32,518 nucleotides of DNA from Eubacteriales bacterium (GCA_028701715.1 JAQVQF010000002.1:1-32518); one strand, 5' to 3'. Positions 14,667-23,663 are shown, counted from the first letter of the stretch. A program made the numbers and translations. The notes: generated by a model not told the origin, from the letters alone.

Positions 14667-16937
14667 ATGAGAGATAAAATAAGCTTATCCACAGAATTTT
14701 TTACCGCGGCCGAAGAATACAACACCTTTGAAAAGCATGTACCCGCGCCTTATTTAAGAAACAGCTTTACGCTTGAAAAAAAGCCCGAAAAAGCGGTTAT
14801 CCTGTTATGCGGGCTCGGCTTCTACCGTCTTTTCGTAAACGGAGCCGAGGTTACCAAGGGTATCCTTGCGCCGTACATTTCCAATCCCGACGATATATGC
14901 TATTATGATAAATACGAGGTTTCGGATAAGCTGAACGAAGGCGAAAATGTTATCGGCGTCATGCTGGGCAACGGCTTTATCAACAGCATCGGCGGCAGAG
15001 TCTGGGATTTTGACAAAGCATCCTTCCGTTGCGCTCCCAAGCTTGCTTTTTCTATGACATGCGACGGAAACAGGAAAATACCGTCAGCGGAATGCTTCAA
15101 GTCGCATCCCTCACACATACTGTTTGACGACGAGCGTTGCGGAGAACGCTGTGACGCAAGGCTTGAGATACCGCGTTGGAACGAACCGGGTTTCGACGAC
15201 AGCGGCTGGAGCGCGGTTGTTCGCACAACTGCTCCCAAGGGCGAACCGCGGCTGTGCAACGCCGATCCTATAATAAAATCACGCGAAATATGTCCGATTT
15301 CCGTAGAAAAAGCCGGGCTTATAGAGCCTTCCCGGGTGGAGGGCGGCTTTGGCATTTACGAGGTACCGCCGGACGAGGACATAACCGAAGGGTATCTTTA
15401 CGATTTCGGCGAAAATGCCGCCGGGATAATTAAACTTGAGATCGACGGCAAATCCGGACAGAAAATAATACTTCAATTCGGGGAAGCCGTAACCCACGGC
15501 GAGCTTGACATATCTCAGATGTATTTTCTTCCGCGCGGCTATAACCAAAGATGCGTATATGTCTGCGCTGGCGGAAACGGCGTATACGAGCCGTCGTTTT
15601 GCTATTTCGGCTTCCGTTACTGTCTTGTCGCGGGAATAACCGAGGAACAGTCAAAGAGCCTGAAGCTTACATATATAGTCTGCCATTCGGATATAAAACG
15701 CGTGGGAAATTTTATTTGTTCCGATAAAACTGCGAACAGGCTTTACGAAGCCTGCATACGCAGCGATCTTGCCAACTTTTATTATTTTCCGACCGATTGC
15801 CCGCACCGCGAAAAAAACGGCTGGACGGGCGACGCAGCTCTTTCCGCGGAGCAGTTTATGTATAGCTTTGAAGCGGGGAAATCGCTTTCGGTCTGGATGG
15901 ACAATATCAGAAAAGCGCAGAAAAAATCCGGTGAGATACCCGGTATAATCCCAACCGCCGGCTGGGGCTTCGCCTGGGGGAACGGTCCCGCTTGGGATTC
16001 TGTGCTGGTCAATGTACCCTCCGCGGTGTACGATTTCACGGGCGACGAAAAAATACTCGCCGACAACGCCGACGCAATATGGAAATATATCGAATATCTC
16101 GAAACAAAAATAAACGAAAACGGACTGTACGAATTCGGGCTGGGCGACTGGTGTCCCGTGGGCGAAAAAATAAAAGCCCCCTTAGAGGTTACCGATTCCA
16201 TTACGATTTTTGAGTTTTTAAACACCGCCTCGTTCATTTTTGCGTCACTCGAACAGACCGAACGCGTAAGCCGTGCCCTTACCGACGCCATGAGGCTGAG
16301 AAAAGCGATAAAAAGGCTTCTGGTTGAGGATTATACCGTTATCGGCGAATGCCAGGCTTGTCAGGCAATGGGGCTGTATTACGGCATATTCGAAAAGGAC
16401 ACAAGGGAATACCGCAAGGCATTTGATGTGCTGTTAAAAATGATTCATGACGCGGGCGACCATATGGACTGCGGAATATTGGGCGCGAGGGTGCTGTTTC
16501 GACTGCTTGCCGAAAACGGGGAAGCGGAACTGGCCTTCAAAATGATAACACGTAAGGACGAACCCTCTTTCGGCAACTGGATAGAGCGCGGCGCGACCTC
16601 CATGTGGGAAAATTTCGGCTCTCCGCAGTCGCGCAACCATCATTTTTACGGCGACATTGCGGCCTTCTTCATCAAATATATCGCCGGACTGTATTATATT
16701 TTCGATAAAATTGAAATTTCGCCCTGCTTTATCGACGGGCTGAATTTCGCGGAGGCGTCCTGCCGTGATATTTCGGTTAAATGGGAACGATGCCGCGGGG
16801 TTTACGGAGAAAATATTCTGCTGACGGTGGATTGCCCTGATTATGCAGAGGGTACCATTATTCTCAGAAAAGGAAAATTTGATGACGGGGATTATGAAAA
16901 AGAGCTTATGAAAGGAACCTATACCGTTATATTATGA
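14667..16937 (+). CDS. glycoside hydrolase family 78-like (alpha-L-rhamnosidase-type six-hairpin enzyme), cytoplasmic
   Basis: The ORF runs from GTG 14607, but the homologous-looking sequence begins at MRDKISL (ATG 14667). The N-terminal block (PYLRNSF...GLGFYRLFVNG...YDKYEVSDKLNEGENVIGVMLGNGF) looks like the rhamnosidase N domain. The catalytic-domain motif FPTDCPHREKNGWTGDA is present. No signal peptide. Confidence 0.75.
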   Translation: MRDKISLSTEFFTAAEEYNTFEKHVPAPYLRNSFTLEKKPEKAVILLCGLGFYRLFVNGAEVTKGILAPYISNPDDICYYDKYEVSDKLNEGENVIGVMLGNGFINSIGGRVWDFDKASFRCAPKLAFSMTCDGNRKIPSAECFKSHPSHILFDDERCGERCDARLEIPRWNEPGFDDSGWSAVVRTTAPKGEPRLCNADPIIKSREICPISVEKAGLIEPSRVEGGFGIYEVPPDEDITEGYLYDFGENAAGIIKLEIDGKSGQKIILQFGEAVTHGELDISQMYFLPRGYNQRCVYVCAGGNGVYEPSFCYFGFRYCLVAGITEEQSKSLKLTYIVCHSDIKRVGNFICSDKTANRLYEACIRSDLANFYYFPTDCPHREKNGWTGDAALSAEQFMYSFEAGKSLSVWMDNIRKAQKKSGEIPGIIPTAGWGFAWGNGPAWDSVLVNVPSAVYDFTGDEKILADNADAIWKYIEYLETKINENGLYEFGLGDWCPVGEKIKAPLEVTDSITIFEFLNTASFIFASLEQTERVSRALTDAMRLRKAIKRLLVEDYTVIGECQACQAMGLYYGIFEKDTREYRKAFDVLLKMIHDAGDHMDCGILGARVLFRLLAENGEAELAFKMITRKDEPSFGNWIERGATSMWENFGSPQSRNHHFYGDIAAFFIKYIAGLYYIFDKIEISPCFIDGLNFAEASCRDISVKWERCRGVYGENILLTVDCPDYAEGTIILRKGKFDDGDYEKELMKGTYTVIL

Positions 16938-18832
16938 AAAAAATTATCGCAGTATTGCTTTTTCTCGCCATTCCGGCGTTGTCGGTATCCTGTCATTCGG
17001 CGGGAGTTGATGAATCCGGCTTAAACAGTGATATATTTGTTTCGGAAGAATCCGATAAATCGGAAGAACAATCCGCTCAAAGCTCGCAGGAGATGTCGGA
17101 GGAGTATTCGCCCTCTTCCGGAAAGCTTGAAAAACAGGACATTGTTAAGTCTCTTGTACGAGCGGAGGGAGAACCCGAAATTACGCTTGCCGAAAAGGAG
17201 TTTAATTTTAATGAAAGCGCGGCAATTGAAAATCTGACCGTAACGGGAAGCCACGAATACGCGGACGGAAAGCTTTATCTTTCCGATACCGCGTGTATTC
17301 AATATCGGCCGAAAGAAACTCTGTCCGCGGAACGTATGGTAATAGCTTTCGGGCTGGATGTCATCACAATGCCGGAAATCCTCGACGCCGACGGCAAATT
17401 TACCGAATCCGACGATATATTTATATTTTCCGCGGGCGATGTCAGCCGCTGGTACGGTTCGGAGTACGATTATGCGGTAAGGTTCAGGGTCACAAAACAA
17501 TCGGAAGACGCGGTAAGCTTCTATGGCTATTCTAAAAGCTACACCCTTCAGGACCTTGCCAAGGATAAGAACGGTTTAAGTGCGTTCGACGTAACCGGGC
17601 ATTATTCGGTGACGTTGATTTTTGAGAATAATCGTTGTTATATAAGCATAAACGACGGGCAGATAGAAGTCAGCTATTATTCACCCGTCGACAAAATAAA
17701 GGATTTGCGCTTTACCGTCAGGAAGGGTGTCACCGTCGCGCTGGACGGGATGAAAATTTACGGCACGGCGTCATATGAATACGCGCTGCCCGAAACTCTG
17801 AAGGGCTTTATCGACAACGGCTGCGTGACCGGCTATGTGTCGTATAAAGCGGCTTCGGAGGGAGTATATTTTAATCGTCTGAGTAACGAACAGCTTGTAT
17901 ATTATGCGCTTACGTTTCTTGCGTCCTCCGAATCCTGCGTTCAGCTCGATTTTTACACGAACACCAAGAACGTTGAAATTACCTATCAGATTATGGACAG
18001 CATCTGGGCACCGGGCTGGAGCGGAGGCTTTGATGTATATCTTAACGGCGAAAAGAAAAGCACCTATTATAAAAACACGGTGAAGGGCGGCAGATATACC
18101 TTTACATACACCGTTCCCGAAGAAGAGGAGGGCTATAACCGTATAACCGTCTATTTCCCGCCCTCTCTGGTGCTTTCCTTCCTAAATCTGCGTATAAACG
18201 AAGACGCCGTCTACGCGCCGGTACCCAAAAACGGCGGACTGCTTATGCTCGGGGATTCGATATCCGAAGGGCTCGCGGTGGATTCATCCTCATCCTTGTT
18301 TTCCCTTGCAGTTTCCCGCGCTTATAATTTTGAAATAATCAATCAGGCGGTTTCGGGTACGATTTTCTCGGAATATTCGATATCGGGCGAATACGGGGAT
18401 TTTAAACCGGATTATATACTCATAGCGTACGGCACCAACAATTACGGCGACGGCAGCGCAGATTTTAGTTATGTAAAAACGCTTGTAAAGGACGGCATTG
18501 ACGATATAGTAAAAGCGGCGGCTGAAAAATTCCCCGATGCCGTTTTAATCGGCTTGCTTCCAATATGCCGTACAGGCGAGGAGGGAACTAATTTTTCTCT
18601 TTCCCAAACGAGCGAATATATAGCGTCCGTATACGATAGCTATGGTATCTCATATATGGACTGCCATGATTATGTGCCGCTTGAACAGAAATATTTTCAC
18701 GACACCATGCTTCATCCCAACGCGCTCGGCAACGTTATCTACGGGGAAAAGCTGATTGAAGAGCTGAAAATTATTATAGGCGAAGAAGTAAACAAAAATT
18801 GGAAGGATGAAGCCGAAAGGGCTTTCAACTGA
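16934..18832 (+). CDS. lipoprotein with C-terminal SGNH/GDSL hydrolase domain
   Basis: 632 aa. Signal peptide ends in LSVS|C, followed by an acidic Ser/Glu linker and about 380 aa of unassigned beta-rich sequence. The SGNH blocks are then GDSISEG (GDS at 18251-18259), AVSGT, YGTNNYG and DTMLHPN. ATGA start/stop overlap with the GH78-like gene. Confidence 0.75.
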   Translation: MKKIIAVLLFLAIPALSVSCHSAGVDESGLNSDIFVSEESDKSEEQSAQSSQEMSEEYSPSSGKLEKQDIVKSLVRAEGEPEITLAEKEFNFNESAAIENLTVTGSHEYADGKLYLSDTACIQYRPKETLSAERMVIAFGLDVITMPEILDADGKFTESDDIFIFSAGDVSRWYGSEYDYAVRFRVTKQSEDAVSFYGYSKSYTLQDLAKDKNGLSAFDVTGHYSVTLIFENNRCYISINDGQIEVSYYSPVDKIKDLRFTVRKGVTVALDGMKIYGTASYEYALPETLKGFIDNGCVTGYVSYKAASEGVYFNRLSNEQLVYYALTFLASSESCVQLDFYTNTKNVEITYQIMDSIWAPGWSGGFDVYLNGEKKSTYYKNTVKGGRYTFTYTVPEEEEGYNRITVYFPPSLVLSFLNLRINEDAVYAPVPKNGGLLMLGDSISEGLAVDSSSSLFSLAVSRAYNFEIINQAVSGTIFSEYSISGEYGDFKPDYILIAYGTNNYGDGSADFSYVKTLVKDGIDDIVKAAAEKFPDAVLIGLLPICRTGEEGTNFSLSQTSEYIASVYDSYGISYMDCHDYVPLEQKYFHDTMLHPNALGNVIYGEKLIEELKIIIGEEVNKNWKDEAERAFN

Positions 18833-18842
18833 ATAAATATAT

Positions 18843-20327
18843 ATGATATTTGATACAATCGGTGACTGGTATAACGTGTCCCACGACTTCTGCGGCGTCA
18901 TTGTTTCCGTATTGGGCGCGGTCGCCGCGTATAATATTGTCTATTTATTGATAGGCGTCTTCTTTACGCGAAAGTTTAAGCATACCGAAAGCAGACATAA
19001 ATATGCCATACTTATCGCCGCTCGCAACGAGGAATGCGTTATAGGTAATCTGCTCGACAGCATTAAAAAGCAGGATTATCCGGCGGAGCTGGTTACGGTA
19101 TTCGTTGTCGCGGACAACTGCACGGATACCACAGCGAAAATAGCCGGAGACAGCGGAGCCGTCTGTTACGAAAGATTCGACAAAGAGCATTGCACCAAGG
19201 GCTATGCGCTTCAATTTCTGTTTGAAAATATAAAAAAAGATTACGGTATAACAAGTTTCGAGGGCTATTTTATATTCGACGCCGATAACCTGCTTAAAAC
19301 CGATTACATATCAAGAATGAACGACGCTTTTGATTCGGGCATGAAAATAACGACCTCCTACCGAAACAGTAAAAATTTCGACGACAACTGGATATCGTCC
19401 ATTTATGCGCTTCATTGGCTGCGTTCTATCAGATTAAGACACCGCGCGCGTTCCGTACTGCGTCTTGCGACGAATATACAGGGCACGGGGTTTTTGTTTT
19501 CAAACGAGATTGTCAAGGACGGGTGGAAATATACCTCGCTCACCGAGGACCGTGCGCTGACCGCCGATGCTGTGGCGCAGGGCTATCAGATTTCCTATAA
19601 TGACGAGGCAATGTTTTATGACGAGCAGCCCGTAAGCCTTAAAATAGCTCTCAGACAGCGGCTCAGGTGGTCGAGAGGGCATATTCTCGCCTTTGTCGAA
19701 ACCGGCCCCAAGCTTTTTATAAACATTATTTTCGGCAAGCTGTTCTTAAAAAACAGATGGAACGGCAAAACAAAAAAAGACAAAACGCTCAAAGGCTTTA
19801 TTTATGGCTTTGTCGAATCGGTACGTCACAGATTCGCGTCCTTCGACACCCTGATGCAGCTAACCCCTTTCAATGTTTTATACATATTTATTTGGATAAC
19901 GGTGGATATGCTGATCTTCTCCTGCGGTCTGTACAAAGCCGGTATTGACGGGCTTAGCTTTTTCGGCGGCAACGCTTATATCGCCGCGGGCATAAGGTTT
20001 TTATTTGATCCGAAATTGTTTCTCCAACCGGGAATCGGTTCGGTATTTACCGGACTTGCGCTGGCTGTCTGGTTCAGGCTTTTGTATCTTGCGGGTATAT
20101 ATTTAAAAAACATATGGTATGCGGTATATATTTTTATAATTGAACGAAAAAATATCAAGCCAATGCCGCTTACCAAAAAGATACTGTATTGCTTCACCTG
20201 GCCGATGTTCGATTTTATTGGCAGGTACACCACCTGCGCCGCCATATTCATAAAGGTCGGCTGGAAGCCCATACCGCACACGAGCAAAGTTACCATAGAC
20301 GATCTTTCCGGGGAAGGTATCAAATGA
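18843..20327 (+). CDS. membrane-embedded processive family-2 glycosyltransferase (synthase type)
   Basis: 494 aa. N-terminal TM helix, ADNCTD, FDADN (DAD at 19278-19286), LTEDRAL (TED at 19542-19550), QRLRWSRGH (QRLRW at 19656-19670) and about 4 C-terminal TM helices. Confidence 0.85.
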   Translation: MIFDTIGDWYNVSHDFCGVIVSVLGAVAAYNIVYLLIGVFFTRKFKHTESRHKYAILIAARNEECVIGNLLDSIKKQDYPAELVTVFVVADNCTDTTAKIAGDSGAVCYERFDKEHCTKGYALQFLFENIKKDYGITSFEGYFIFDADNLLKTDYISRMNDAFDSGMKITTSYRNSKNFDDNWISSIYALHWLRSIRLRHRARSVLRLATNIQGTGFLFSNEIVKDGWKYTSLTEDRALTADAVAQGYQISYNDEAMFYDEQPVSLKIALRQRLRWSRGHILAFVETGPKLFINIIFGKLFLKNRWNGKTKKDKTLKGFIYGFVESVRHRFASFDTLMQLTPFNVLYIFIWITVDMLIFSCGLYKAGIDGLSFFGGNAYIAAGIRFLFDPKLFLQPGIGSVFTGLALAVWFRLLYLAGIYLKNIWYAVYIFIIERKNIKPMPLTKKILYCFTWPMFDFIGRYTTCAAIFIKVGWKPIPHTSKVTIDDLSGEGIK

Positions 20328-21229
20328 AAATAGGACGCCTTATAGGTATCATCACAATATTACAGCAGCATAAAAAAGTGACCGCGCCTTATCTTGCGAA
20401 AAAGTTCGAGGTTTCTCGCCGGACAATCAACCGCGACATTGAGGACATCTGCCGCGCCGGAATCCCCGTCGTCACAACGCAGGGCGGCGACGGCGGTATT
20501 TCGCTTATGGACGGTTTCTGCCTTGACACCACCGTTTTTACCGAAGAAGAGCTTTCCGCGATTTTTACGGGGTTGAAAACGCTCGACAGCGTGTCGTACG
20601 GTTCAAACGTAAAAAGACTATCACAAAAAATAGGTATCGGCAATGCCGTGACGCTTGCGGACGATATGATAATCGACCTTTCGTCGTTTTACAAGGAAGA
20701 CCTGGCGAATAAGATTGCTATGCTGAAAACGGCAATCCGCGGCAAGCACCGCGTCGCTTTTCATTATTACTACAATAAAGGCGAGGCGGATAAGCGCATT
20801 GAGCCGTATCTTATCGTTTTCAAGTGGTCGGACTGGTATGTATTTGGCTTTTGCAACGAACGGCAGGATTTCCGCATGTACAAGCTGCGCCGTTTGTGGG
20901 AGCTTCGCATTTGTGACGAGGTATTTGTACCGCGCGAGGTACCGGAGGAAAAGAAGCAATTCGGCAGCGACATGACCGACGATTATTTCGTTACGGCGAT
21001 TTATGACCCGTCGGTAAAATACCGCCTTGTGGAGGAATACGGCCCCGGCTCGTTTGTCGTCATGGAGGACGGCCGGCTTTTTACTAAATGGGGCTTCACC
21101 GAACGCGAAGAGATGATTTCCCGTTTTCTCAGTTATGGGGATAAGGTGGAAATTATCGATCCGCCGGAAATGAGAGATAAAATAAGATTAACTGCTGAAA
21201 AAATAATAAAAAAGCACAATTTAACATGA
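20324..21229 (+). CDS. YafY-type transcriptional regulator (HTH + WYL + WCX domains)
   Basis: The ORF-track start 20189 lies inside the GT2 gene. The real start is ATG 20324 (SD GGGGAAGG, ATGA overlap with the GT2 stop), giving 301 aa. HTH: RLIGIITILQQHKKVTAPYLAKKFEVSRRTINRDIEDI. WYL core: RIEPYLIVFKWSDWYVFGFCNERQDFRMYKLRRL. C-terminal end: VEIIDPPEMRDKI. Confidence 0.85.
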   Translation: MKIGRLIGIITILQQHKKVTAPYLAKKFEVSRRTINRDIEDICRAGIPVVTTQGGDGGISLMDGFCLDTTVFTEEELSAIFTGLKTLDSVSYGSNVKRLSQKIGIGNAVTLADDMIIDLSSFYKEDLANKIAMLKTAIRGKHRVAFHYYYNKGEADKRIEPYLIVFKWSDWYVFGFCNERQDFRMYKLRRLWELRICDEVFVPREVPEEKKQFGSDMTDDYFVTAIYDPSVKYRLVEEYGPGSFVVMEDGRLFTKWGFTEREEMISRFLSYGDKVEIIDPPEMRDKIRLTAEKIIKKHNLT

Positions 21230-21282
21230 CACACAGCTGTCGTGTTCGGTTTGATATGATAAAAGTAAAAGCGGAGGAAATT

Positions 21283-21648
21283 ATGAACAGATCAATGATG
21301 CAGGTGTTTGTTAAAGACAGTAAAGAAGCATTAGAGTTTTACAGACAGGCTTTTAATGCGGAAATTTTATGTAAATATCCCGATGAAAACGGAAATTATA
21401 TGCACTCGGAACTGAACGCTTACGGTCAGATAATAGCGGTTTCCGAAATTACAGAGGGTGTCAACCCCGGCAACACCATGATGTTTTGCTTTGATTTCGG
21501 TTCCGGGCATGAAAAGGATATAAAGACAGCTTATGAAGTGTTAAAAGAAGAAGCGATAACTTGCTCGCCGCTTGATAAATGCGATTACAGCTCCTTGCAA
21601 TTTGTATGCACGGACAAATTCGGCGTAACCTGGTGTTTATTTATTTAA
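21283..21648 (+). CDS. VOC-superfamily protein, PhnB-like
   Basis: Start taken at ATG 21283 (SD GGAGG), giving 121 aa. EALEFYRQAFNAE...MHSELNAYGQIIAVSE...TDKFGVTWCLFI matches the PhnB/glyoxalase-fold layout. Confidence 0.65.
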   Translation: MNRSMMQVFVKDSKEALEFYRQAFNAEILCKYPDENGNYMHSELNAYGQIIAVSEITEGVNPGNTMMFCFDFGSGHEKDIKTAYEVLKEEAITCSPLDKCDYSSLQFVCTDKFGVTWCLFI

Positions 21649-21661
21649 CGGAGATATTATA

Positions 21662-21940
21662 ATGAACAAAATTCAATCAAGATGCGGATTGCTTTGCGGT
21701 GAATGCGATTATAGAAAGTCCTGCGGCTGCGGCGGCTGTATCGAAACGAACGGGCATCCCTTTCACGGCGAATGCCCGGTTGCAAAGTGCTGTCAGGACA
21801 AGGGCTTTGAGCATTGCGGCGAATGTCCGGATATACCGTGCAGGCTCCTGACCGAATATTCATATGACCCCGAAAACGGCGACAAGCCCGCCGGTGCAAG
21901 AATAGTACAATGCAAAAAATGGAGAAAAAATGATACATAA
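21662..21940 (+). CDS. Cys-rich DUF3795-like protein
   Basis: 92 aa with 13 Cys. The pattern CGLLCGECDYRKSCGCGGC...CPVAKCC...HCGECPDIPC is as I recall for DUF3795. SD GGAG precedes the start. Confidence 0.65.
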   Translation: MNKIQSRCGLLCGECDYRKSCGCGGCIETNGHPFHGECPVAKCCQDKGFEHCGECPDIPCRLLTEYSYDPENGDKPAGARIVQCKKWRKNDT

Positions 21941-22622
21941 CTTTTCCGAATTCTGCGACACTTTGATTGATGCGGGGTTTTCCATGGGTGGCGGTAACGC
22001 AAAGGGAATTTACGCTGTTATCCCATATGGATGGGAAGAACAGGATTCTGTAAAAACGCCGGTAAAATGGCACACCGGCGACCCGGAAACCGACCCGTGG
22101 GAATGGCGTATGCGCGTGCTTGAGGAACGGAACGATATTGCATATTCCAAGGTGTTTTTCCGCACAAGCGGCTATATCACAAGAGAGTGGTATCCATATT
22201 TTAGCGCAGTACGCAGAAAAGGCGAAAGCTTTGAGGAAGCATACAAAGGCGGTACAATAAGTCAAACAGCGAAGCATATTTATGATATTATTTCTGAAAA
22301 CGGAGAAACCGCGTTTCACGAAATCAAGCAGATCGGCGGTTTTTACAAAGAGGATAATTCAAAATTTGAAAGGGCGATCGTCGAACTGCAAATGCGTATG
22401 TTTATCACCATGTGCGGCAGAGCGCAAAGGGTTAACAAATACGGCGAAGGCTACGGCTGGAACAGCACCGTATTTACAACGGCGGAGGGCTTTTGGCAAA
22501 AACGCGGTTTTACCCTTTCTAATTATGATGAAGTGAAAAGTTATGAAAAAATCAAAACGCAGATATTAAAGTTGAATCCGGAAGCGGATATAAGAAAAAT
22601 AAATCAATTTATAAAAGGATAG
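21930..22622 (+). CDS. hypothetical protein, possibly AlkZ/YcaQ-related
   Basis: 230 aa. SD GGAGA precedes the start, and the gene overlaps the previous one by 11 nt. Blocks such as FSMGGGN, WHTGDPETDPWEWRMRVLEERNDIAYSKVFF and AIVELQMRMFITMCG resemble a Firmicute family that I recall being labelled AlkZ-related. This is memory only and is not verified. Confidence 0.5.
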   Translation: MIHNFSEFCDTLIDAGFSMGGGNAKGIYAVIPYGWEEQDSVKTPVKWHTGDPETDPWEWRMRVLEERNDIAYSKVFFRTSGYITREWYPYFSAVRRKGESFEEAYKGGTISQTAKHIYDIISENGETAFHEIKQIGGFYKEDNSKFERAIVELQMRMFITMCGRAQRVNKYGEGYGWNSTVFTTAEGFWQKRGFTLSNYDEVKSYEKIKTQILKLNPEADIRKINQFIKG

Positions 22623-22627
22623 CGAAA

Positions 22628-23080
22628 ATGAAATACGAATTTGACAGCGAAATTAAACAGCTTGAAGGTAAAATCAAGTGGAGTGTTTTCTATTTTCCTT
22701 ATTCAGCTGTAGAAGAGCTTGGCTCAAAAGGCAATATACCCGTTTTAATAACGGTAGACGGACATAGCATCGAGCACACCTTGCTTCCGTCGAGAAACGG
22801 TCATTATCTGGTGTATAACGAGTTTATTAAGCAAGCAGTCGGTAAAGGCATAGGCGACACGGTTCATGTTACTTTGGAAAAAGATACAAAGGAACGTAAA
22901 TATATTGTTCCGGTTCACATAGAAACAGCTCTCAAAGAAAGCGGTGTGTTAGAGCAATATTTAAAACAACCGGACTACTTAAAGCGTGAACAGGTAAATT
23001 TTATCGAGGTTGCGAAAAAAGAAGAAACGAAGCAAAACCGCTTGAATAAGCTCATTACTATGTTAGGAGAATTGAAGTGA
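22628..23080 (+). CDS. DUF1905 / YdeI(OmpD-associated)-family protein
   Basis: 150 aa. The N-terminal half (GNIPVLITVDGHSIEHTLLPSRNGHYLVYNEFIKQAVGKGIGDTVHVTL) is DUF1905-like. The C-terminal helix (REQVNFIEVAKKEETKQNRLNKLITML) is YdeI-like. Confidence 0.65.
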   Translation: MKYEFDSEIKQLEGKIKWSVFYFPYSAVEELGSKGNIPVLITVDGHSIEHTLLPSRNGHYLVYNEFIKQAVGKGIGDTVHVTLEKDTKERKYIVPVHIETALKESGVLEQYLKQPDYLKREQVNFIEVAKKEETKQNRLNKLITMLGELK

Positions 23081-23424
23081 TTACCAAGCTTCATTGCGTG
23101 AACATCACATCAAAGGATCCGAAAGCGTTAGCCGACTTTTACAGAACGATCGGTGCCCCCGTATATGTAGAAAACGAAGATTATGACGGATGGAGTTTGG
23201 GAAACCCCGAAAACGGCGGCAGTATCTGCATTTGGAACGAAAACAACCGGGGAAAATCCACCGCCGGTTATATAACCATAGTTTTGGATGCCGACGATTT
23301 GCAAAAAACATATGTAGACATAAAAAGCAAGGGCGTGAAAATCGAGCCGCCGAGGAATACCGATTGGGGCGGAATGGAACTGGTTTTCAACGATCCGGAC
23401 GGAAACATCGTAATGCTACTCTGA
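23077..23424 (+). CDS. VOC-superfamily protein (glyoxalase / bleomycin-resistance fold)
   Basis: 115 aa. GTG start with SD GGAG 8 nt upstream, and a 4-nt overlap with the previous gene. HCVNITSKDPKALADFY...GMELVFNDPDGNIVML is a typical VOC pattern. Confidence 0.65.
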   Translation: MITKLHCVNITSKDPKALADFYRTIGAPVYVENEDYDGWSLGNPENGGSICIWNENNRGKSTAGYITIVLDADDLQKTYVDIKSKGVKIEPPRNTDWGGMELVFNDPDGNIVMLL

Positions 23425-23540
23425 TAATATTTCGCTTATACTTTTAGTTTTTAATTAAAACATAATTCAAGCAGCGACCTGACAGCTATTGCCTGATTTT
23501 TTCTGTTTACGGGTTCACCCCAACTATTGACAAAGAGCCA

Positions 23541-23624
23541 AAAAAGAGAAAATAAAGATACTGTTTTCAATCGACGCTGTGTCGGTTGACTTTTCCGACT
23601 TTTACAGCGCTGATTGAAAACAGT
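23541..23624 (-). terminator. long compound hairpin plus U-tract, terminator for ogt and possibly a barrier for the convergent + operon
   Basis: The 21-nt arms 23560-23580 and 23604-23624 pair at 19 Watson-Crick positions plus 1 G-T. An inner stem GTCGG/CCGAC lies at 23581-23585 and 23595-23599. On the - strand the hairpin is followed by ATCTTTATTTTCTCTTTTTT. No T-run follows it on the + strand. Confidence 0.65.
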
Positions 23625-23663
23625 ATACAATATAACATTCGACAAATGTCCGTGTGAGACAGC

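Noticed and set aside
21657-22319. 220-aa ORF on the - strand
   Set aside because: It is antisense to the DUF3795-like gene and the following + strand gene. Those genes have SD sequences, coupled starts and recognisable patterns. The - strand translation is Arg/Cys/Phe-rich with no features.
23451-23645. 64-aa ORF on the - strand in the VOC/ogt intergenic region
   Set aside because: It runs straight through the long terminator hairpin (23560-23624) and its U-tract. It has no SD and a low-complexity basic sequence.
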